Source: Syntrophales bacterium (lineage in GTDB: Bacteria > Desulfobacterota > Syntrophia > Syntrophales > UBA4778). Taken from it: DNA of 64,000 bases. The position numbers and the translations under genes were made by a program. The notes beneath the pieces were generated by a model. The model had not been told where the DNA came from and did not search any database. It was given only the letters and a program-made list of their open reading frames with translations. This document shows, piece after piece, positions 58,338-64,000 of this stretch. Location: NCBI GenBank assembly GCA_963665615.2, contig CAXXQE010000008.1:558001-622000 (forward strand), read 5' to 3'. Every line of letters starts with the position of its first letter. Within the stretch, counting starts at the first letter, position 1.

Positions 58338-59102
58338 TCAATTCGCAGGAGCTTCATGCGCCCCGTTTGTTTTCGGGCCCTTCTTTTTCTTTTTATAGAA
58401 GTTATCATTTTCTTTAAAATCAATTTTATATAGTTCGTATTTTTTAAGATCAAGTTTTGGTATATATTTTTCTGTTTCCTCTTTGAAACGATCTTTCTCC
58501 CATATATAAATGTGCTCTGTCCTCTTCATCTCCTCCGGATAATTCGGGTCATCCAAATTGGTTTCCTTTTCTTCTATCCTGGTAACAAGATCAAGAAAAC
58601 CACTTTTGTTAAGGTCTTCTATCCAAGTTTGAGCATCTATTTCATAGCCGGCATCACCCCAATATTCAGCGAGCGGAAGTGGTTTCAACCACTTTTCTTT
58701 CTTTGTGTCGAATACCCAGAGATCGATTTGCGCCACAAAATACATACCTGGAACACGCAGCAGGAAGCATTTCCAGTGGTCATCTAGCGAAAACTTATAA
58801 GTAGCAAATAGTTCTCCAGGCTCTTGACTGTCCGTTAAATTATAATGTGGAATCTGAGAGAAAAAGGAGTAAGAGGATATTGGTAGCTCTTGACCTTGAA
58901 ATATACCATATTGAGGAGGGTGATCCTTTGTTTCAGGTATATAAACATGAAATGGGAACGCTTTTATTTCTTCGGACTTTTCGGAAAGAAGTTTATAGAT
59001 CTCCAGATCAGTTAGCGCATTTACTGTAACTGGAAACAGAAAAGAAAGTATAACAAACCAGAATGGAACGTATCGTAAGAGTTTAGGCAAATCCGTCCTC
59101 AT
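58338..59102 (-). CDS. AT-rich hypothetical exported protein
   Basis: Signal-like FWFVILSFLFPVTVNA, WIEDLNKSGFLDLV (FG-GAP/Ca-loop-like); start uncertain. Confidence 0.7.
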   Translation of the reverse strand: MRTDLPKLLRYVPFWFVILSFLFPVTVNALTDLEIYKLLSEKSEEIKAFPFHVYIPETKDHPPQYGIFQGQELPISSYSFFSQIPHYNLTDSQEPGELFATYKFSLDDHWKCFLLRVPGMYFVAQIDLWVFDTKKEKWLKPLPLAEYWGDAGYEIDAQTWIEDLNKSGFLDLVTRIEEKETNLDDPNYPEEMKRTEHIYIWEKDRFKEETEKYIPKLDLKKYELYKIDFKENDNFYKKKKKGPKTNGAHEAPAN

Positions 59103-59204
59103 TTCATAATGGAGATAGATTTTGCCTATCACGATTTTTATGTGAAAGCCAGCATGTCCTACATTTTTGTTGAGTGTTGATTTCAGGAAGTTTTTCATTA
59201 CACA

Positions 59205-59319
59205 TCGAAGATTTACCCGAGCGAGTTCTGATGGATTTCTGATTTTCAAGGAAGCTGCTTAGCCCTGATTCGCTTGCTTCGCGGCAAGCAACGGGAAATG
59301 CGGTCACTGAAGAATTCAA
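59205..59319 (-). repeat. Family C element, full-length copy
   Basis: Minus strand TTGAATTCTTCAG...GTTGCTTGCCGCGAAGCAAGCGAATCAGG...CTTCCTTG...ATCTTCGA. Confidence 0.65.
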
Positions 59320-59388
59320 AAACCTCTTACCACGTAAATTCCCCCAGTGGCAGACTCTCAGCGCCTGAAAGAGGCTCCGGCGGGCTAT

Positions 59389-61158
59389 TCAAAATATCGC
59401 TTGCTTCAGTACCGCCGGATGGGCGATAGACCGGCTGTGGCTTACCGCTGACAGGGAGACGCCGAGGAAGCGTTCGTAAAAAGCGTCGGCGATAGTCGGC
59501 ATGTCGAAACTCAAGATCTCGGGATGGAGAAGATTGGCGATCTGCATCAGCCCCAGAATCCAGTCGGGACGGCCGCCCGTATTGTATGGTGCAAGGCTGT
59601 AAATCTTTCGGCTTCTAACGGCGTTGAGGTTGCCAAAACCGTTTCCATTCAAGAAATTGTAACAGTCTGCCACGGGATAGCCGATGGCGCCGGAGACGAG
59701 AATCACATCGGGGTCGAGACGCCGGAGCGTCTCAGGCGCGATCGTCATGCCCGGCGTGTCATCGCGATCCAGATCCTTGTTGACGCAACGCCCGCCGGCA
59801 ATTTCTACGAGGTTGCACTCGAACTTGTCCCCGAAAACGGCAATGAGGGGATGCCCCAGCGCAAAATAGACAGCCGGTCGTTCCGTGGCAGTCCTTACGG
59901 CATGGTTGATAATCGACAGGTATCGTTCCATGTATGCTCTCAACTCGCGGGCCTTTTCGGTTCTGGCGGCCAGGTGAGCATAATGCGCCACGGTGTCGAG
60001 CCAGGAATCGATAGTCTTGTTCTTCTCGTAGAGCCCTTCGATGAAATTCGTCTTCAGGATCTCCTGCAAGACAGTGGCGATCACGGACGGATTTCGCTCT
60101 CCCAGAAAGGATAGAATGGTTTGGATCGATTCGAGGCTTTGGATTGTCTTGTAGCCTCCGAAATAGCCAAGCACCTGCGCGCCGCTTTCTTTCTCATAGC
60201 TGCCAGCCAAGGTCGGCCGATAACCACACTGGCAGACCCCGTCATTGCGAACCTCTGTTACATGCGCGCACATGGGGCCGTTGAACCCCCTTCGGATCAA
60301 TACCTCTCCGCATTCCGGACAATACGTGTTCAACCAGGGTGTCCCCGGTGAATTGAACAGATAGACGTACTTCAGGATGCCTCTGAGTTTTTCGCAAAGG
60401 GCCTCTGCTTCCCCCACCGACGGTTCATCGTCGCGGTCGGCAGTCGCAAAAGGGATAAAGCGCATAACCTGAAAGGGGATGTCGGGAGACAGGTCGGCAA
60501 CGCGTCTCGCCGTTTCGATGACCTCGTTCTCGTATCCCCTGATAAAGACGGCGGCCACCTCCGTAAACACGCCGTGTTCAATGCTCATTTCGAGATTTCT
60601 GAATACGGGATTGACGGACGCTGCGCCGAAGGCAGCATACGTCTCATCGGTGCATCCCTTGATGCCGATATTGATGAAGTCGATGTGCTCCAGCAAATCC
60701 CGAAAGGCCGCTTCGGTGAAATACGCATTCGTCGCGCAGCCGACGAGCAGCCCCTTTTCGCGCGCAAGCCGGGAAACGCGCTTGAAGGTGGGGAAGGAGA
60801 CAGCCGGTTCGTTGAAGCAGAACATGATGCCTATGCAGCCCTGATCGATTGCCCGGGCGACCAATTTCTCCGGGGGGACGTGCTGAAGGGCGCCTTCGAT
60901 TGCATCGGTACTTTCGGTAAGCACCCATGATACGCAGCCACCGCACCGCAGATTGCAGCCGATCGTGCAGATCTGGAGGAACTTGCTTCCCGGATAGTAG
61001 TGCAGCATGGGCATGGATTCGACCTCGGCGGGGACGATGACCAGATATTGATCCGGATATTTCTCAACGATGCCGTCACCCGCAACCGTATACATCCCGC
61101 AGAGGCCGGTGCCATTCATGGCGATATCGCATCGATTTTCACATATTGCGCATTGCAT
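59389..61158 (-). CDS. AmrS/PFL-activase-like radical SAM enzyme fused to a TroA/BtuF-type substrate-binding domain
   Basis: CAICENRC..G.CG, GCNLRCGGC, FNEP, CPECG; C-terminal RPAVYF...LVEIAGG..V...E.L..LDPDVI...LNAV...IY...LHPE; no signal peptide. Confidence 0.85.
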   Translation of the reverse strand: MQCAICENRCDIAMNGTGLCGMYTVAGDGIVEKYPDQYLVIVPAEVESMPMLHYYPGSKFLQICTIGCNLRCGGCVSWVLTESTDAIEGALQHVPPEKLVARAIDQGCIGIMFCFNEPAVSFPTFKRVSRLAREKGLLVGCATNAYFTEAAFRDLLEHIDFINIGIKGCTDETYAAFGAASVNPVFRNLEMSIEHGVFTEVAAVFIRGYENEVIETARRVADLSPDIPFQVMRFIPFATADRDDEPSVGEAEALCEKLRGILKYVYLFNSPGTPWLNTYCPECGEVLIRRGFNGPMCAHVTEVRNDGVCQCGYRPTLAGSYEKESGAQVLGYFGGYKTIQSLESIQTILSFLGERNPSVIATVLQEILKTNFIEGLYEKNKTIDSWLDTVAHYAHLAARTEKARELRAYMERYLSIINHAVRTATERPAVYFALGHPLIAVFGDKFECNLVEIAGGRCVNKDLDRDDTPGMTIAPETLRRLDPDVILVSGAIGYPVADCYNFLNGNGFGNLNAVRSRKIYSLAPYNTGGRPDWILGLMQIANLLHPEILSFDMPTIADAFYERFLGVSLSAVSHSRSIAHPAVLKQAIF

Positions 61159-61279
61159 GGTGATTCTCCTTCTATCATTAACAGACGTAGTCTGGAGTCG
61201 TTTTTATTCCCTTTTCCTATTTAGTCGCAGGCGCAATCACACTGACCCGTCGCAACCCCGCCTTGATCCATTGCATCTT

Positions 61280-62349
61280 CTATCGGGCGGGAAGGGTGTA
61301 TGTGAAGGTATCAAGAATTTGCCAGGTGTTAGTCGTCCCGGGCTGTGTCAAGGCCTTCCATGCGGCTGTTACGTTGGGCCCTGCTATAGTGACCAGGACA
61401 TATCCGTGGTAATCATTGTTGTGAGATTCCCCTTGGACCCTTTTACTGTCTTGATAGACGCCGGACTATATTCTCAGGCGGCCACCGCCAGTGCCTGCAA
61501 TAAGCTGCCGTATCTGATGGCCCTGATGGTCCCGTATCAGGGCGCGGTTATAGAAATGGTCGTTACCGCAGAAATAGATCTTCACGCCCGCCCTTCCCAG
61601 CTGGCCCAGAACAGATCTCTCTCATGCGGATAAAAAGCCAGGCTGTCCTTATGGTCGGTCTCGAATGCTGGTTCATGGCCGTATATGAAGACATGAGGGC
61701 GATTGTTGCCTGCGAGCTGCTTGTCGAGCCAGGCCTGATTGATCCGGTGTTGTCCGCCGGTGTATTGATCCAGACCGACGAACAGCGCATTTTTATGAGG
61801 GAAGCTATACGGAAGCCCCTCTTCATCGACCGGCCCGTTTTTCGGGATGTAGAGTTCAGAGAACGCGTTTCTAAAAGTTTTCTTCAATAGAATAGGCGTG
61901 TCGGGAGGCGGTTCGAGGAAAGACGGCAAGGGCGGCAACGCCAAACGCTCTGGTCCGCTGTCATGGTTGCCTCGAATGGGGTATACCTCGATGCCGGCAC
62001 GATAAACAGGGCCCATGGCTTCCTTCCAGTTCGCATATTGTCTCGCGTAATCGGTGCCCCCGTTTTTGAACCATCCATTGACGAGATCTCCCGCAACGAT
62101 AAGGAGGTCCGGCTTTTCCCGCACAATATCGGCGGCCATTGCCCGTACCACGGCGTCGTTGATGCAGGACTTGTTTTTTTGAGGGGTGTTGTCACCCTGC
62201 GTATCGCTGATGACGGCAAATTTCCAGGAGGCGATGGTTTCCCGAACGGAGGCCGCAAAACTCACATCGGGAACGCTGAGAAACAAAAGCAAAGAAAGCC
62301 AGAGCGTAAAGATGCAAGAGCGCTGTATCCGTGGATTCATCGCCATCAT
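61280..62349 (-). pseudogene. Exported calcineurin-like metallophosphoesterase, disrupted (frameshift near 61600, in-frame TAG at 61466-68)
   Basis: ISDTQ, AGDLV, RGNHD, GHEP in frame 1; continuation IYFCGNDHFY...AGTGGG...YHGYVLV...DTFTY in a shifted frame to the stop at 61280. Confidence 0.8.
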
Positions 62350-63485
62350 TTATCTTCTCGATGGATTACAGCCATTGTCCCCTGATTGTAAAGGTTGCGA
62401 GCGAAACATTCCACGGAAAGATCCGCGCCGGTCACCATATGCATGAACATGCTCTTATTGCCGACGGCGATGCTTCTCCCCGGGAAAGTGCTTGCATAAG
62501 TGTCTTCCGGAATCGATTTGAAGTACCCGGAAAACGGGTAGGTCCTGTTTGCCTCTGCCTGATCATCGAAGTATTTGTATCCCGTGGGATAGTCGAGAAA
62601 GCGGTGCGCGCCTGAAGAAATGGTCAGGTACTGGCTCTCGCTGGGCTCGTAATATTGCCATGCGATGCCATTGCTGCATGGGGTATTCGGCCACAAAAAC
62701 TCCGCCAACCCCACACCTTCCATGATGATCAAGGCGACGTCCTTTTCTAAGAGATCCTTGTCGAGCGCCTGCCGGATACCGGTGATCGCTTCAAGGGTGT
62801 GACCCGGCGCATGCACGGGAGTCCGAAAATTGAGGGAGGGAATCATGACCGGCATCTTTTTGGTATCAGTCATGGTCTTAAAGGCATAGCCTTCACAAGC
62901 CAGCATCAGGTATTCGGGCACCCTCTGCGCCTGCTCAGGCGTGCCGTTAAAAAGACGCAAGACCTCCTCACGGGGAATGATTTTCTCGATGTGAGGATGT
63001 TCCTCCAGCGCCTTCATATCCGCCGAACTCGGATCATACAGACCGGCGTACCGGGTGGACCAGTGCGTGCAAACAGCCAGCCCGTCGACTCTGGTGACAT
63101 CGATAGACCCTAAGAACGGCGTCATGTCACCCGTCCCCACCACAATGGCGTGAAAGCCGGATGTGTCGACGAAACGCTCCACTTCCAGGAAGGCCTCGGC
63201 GATCATCCTGGCACGCGCTTCCTGAGTCATCGGCGTATACCGGCCGCAAAAATACTGGGCCGCATACGTAAGGAAGGCGAACCGCGGCCGATAGGCGTCA
63301 ATGAGGTCAAGCGCCGTATCTGTGACCCAGCTGTTGCTTTTCGGGTCCATATCTCCCGGATAGGGGTGCCGCTTCAGAATTTCTCCGGCGGCTTCAACGA
63401 CAGGCCCTGCGGCCTGGATCTTTTCACCGGTTTTAAGGTCAAGGGTATTTTGCCACCCTCTGGCATCCACAATCACAATGCTCAC
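62346..63485 (-). CDS. Hypothetical protein with degenerate alkaline-phosphatase/phosphonoacetate-hydrolase-like fold
   Basis: 379 aa ORF overlapping both neighbours by 4 nt; SNSWV...RPRFAFLTY, IVVGTGDM, VALIIMEGVG, YLTISSG segments. Confidence 0.7.
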   Translation of the reverse strand: MSIVIVDARGWQNTLDLKTGEKIQAAGPVVEAAGEILKRHPYPGDMDPKSNSWVTDTALDLIDAYRPRFAFLTYAAQYFCGRYTPMTQEARARMIAEAFLEVERFVDTSGFHAIVVGTGDMTPFLGSIDVTRVDGLAVCTHWSTRYAGLYDPSSADMKALEEHPHIEKIIPREEVLRLFNGTPEQAQRVPEYLMLACEGYAFKTMTDTKKMPVMIPSLNFRTPVHAPGHTLEAITGIRQALDKDLLEKDVALIIMEGVGLAEFLWPNTPCSNGIAWQYYEPSESQYLTISSGAHRFLDYPTGYKYFDDQAEANRTYPFSGYFKSIPEDTYASTFPGRSIAVGNKSMFMHMVTGADLSVECFARNLYNQGTMAVIHREDK

Positions 63486-64000
63486 GGTTGCACCTCTTGT
63501 GCATTGGCGAGGCCGCTCCGCTCATTCAGCAATTTGATCTTTTGTCCGCAGCGAGGGCAGCGGCTGTCTTCGCAGAGCAATCTTTTGAGTTTATCGCCCC
63601 CGCATCCCAGACTGAAGCGTTCGATAACGGTAGCTCCGCACTCAAGGCAGGACGTATTCACCCAGTCGGAGCCGACAAAATTATGAAAATAGACGTATGG
63701 AAGCCTTTTCCTCGCAGCATACAGAACCGTGTTGATGGCCTGAATGTTCGGGTAGTCAGCGTCCTTCATCTCGTCTTCCGGAAGGAGGCGGAAAACGTGC
63801 CAGGGGATCTCCGGATCGACGTCCGCCAGAAAGTCCGCTATGGCCTCAATCTCCCTGTCATTCGCTCCCTGAATGATGGGTGTGGTTACCTCCACATGAC
63901 AGTCTTGCGCGAGCTGTTTGATATTGCGCAGGACCGGCGCAGAAGAGGCAATTCCGATATAGGCTTTATTGAAAGAAGTGGATATTCCCTTGAGGCTTAT
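63482..64000 (-). CDS. AmrS-like radical SAM enzyme, C-terminal part (5' end outside the window)
   Basis: Open to the window edge: ISLKG...PVLRNI...HVEVTTPII.G.ND..IADFLADVDPEIPWHVFRL.P...CLECG...CPRCG, paralogous to 13589-14608. Confidence 0.85.
   Translation of the reverse strand: MSLKGISTSFNKAYIGIASSAPVLRNIKQLAQDCHVEVTTPIIQGANDREIEAIADFLADVDPEIPWHVFRLLPEDEMKDADYPNIQAINTVLYAARKRLPYVYFHNFVGSDWVNTSCLECGATVIERFSLGCGGDKLKRLLCEDSRCPRCGQKIKLLNERSGLANAQEVQP

Noticed and set aside
61466..61468. In-frame TAG as possible pyrrolysine
   Set aside because: It accompanies a frameshift and other lesions; no pyl genes in the window
1..64000. CRISPR array, prophage, intact IS, tRNA or rRNA
   Set aside because: No regularly spaced direct repeats, phage or transposase ORFs, or RNA-gene signatures were seen

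Overview
Gene-dense bacterial chromosomal window with a GC-rich core and several visibly AT-richer inserts. The gene set suggests an anaerobic deltaproteobacterium (Desulfobacterota, Syntrophales-like); this is inference, not a database result. No tRNA, rRNA, CRISPR array, integrase or intact transposase was found. Core-type genes include rimO, a polyprenyl synthase, an AICAR-transformylase-only PurH, amrS, a double-length UvrA, orn, a beta-carbonic anhydrase, a cyclophilin, aqpZ, tupABC and a cysteine synthase. Two loci stand out. (1) An AT-richer catabolic island (42.7-52.6 kb) carries a sigma54 activator, an SDR, an AbfD-type dehydratase, a Zn-ADH, a cysteine desulfurase and an Ltp3/Ltp4-like thiolase pair with a DUF35 partner. 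Its -24/-12 promoter and a candidate activator palindrome can be read directly from the sequence. (2) A right-end gene run (59.4-64 kb) has two AmrS-like radical SAM enzymes, one fused to a metal-chelate binding-protein domain, plus an apparently circularly permuted and degenerate alkaline-phosphatase-fold protein and a disrupted metallophosphoesterase. Also notable are a Bacillus-type YtpB terpene cyclase, a compact homologue of the eukaryotic glycogen-debranching transferase domain, tandem FN3 genes with a conserved CRP/FNR-type box, a PEP-CTERM remnant, and several families of small palindromic intergenic repeats. Several frameshifts may be sequencing or assembly errors.
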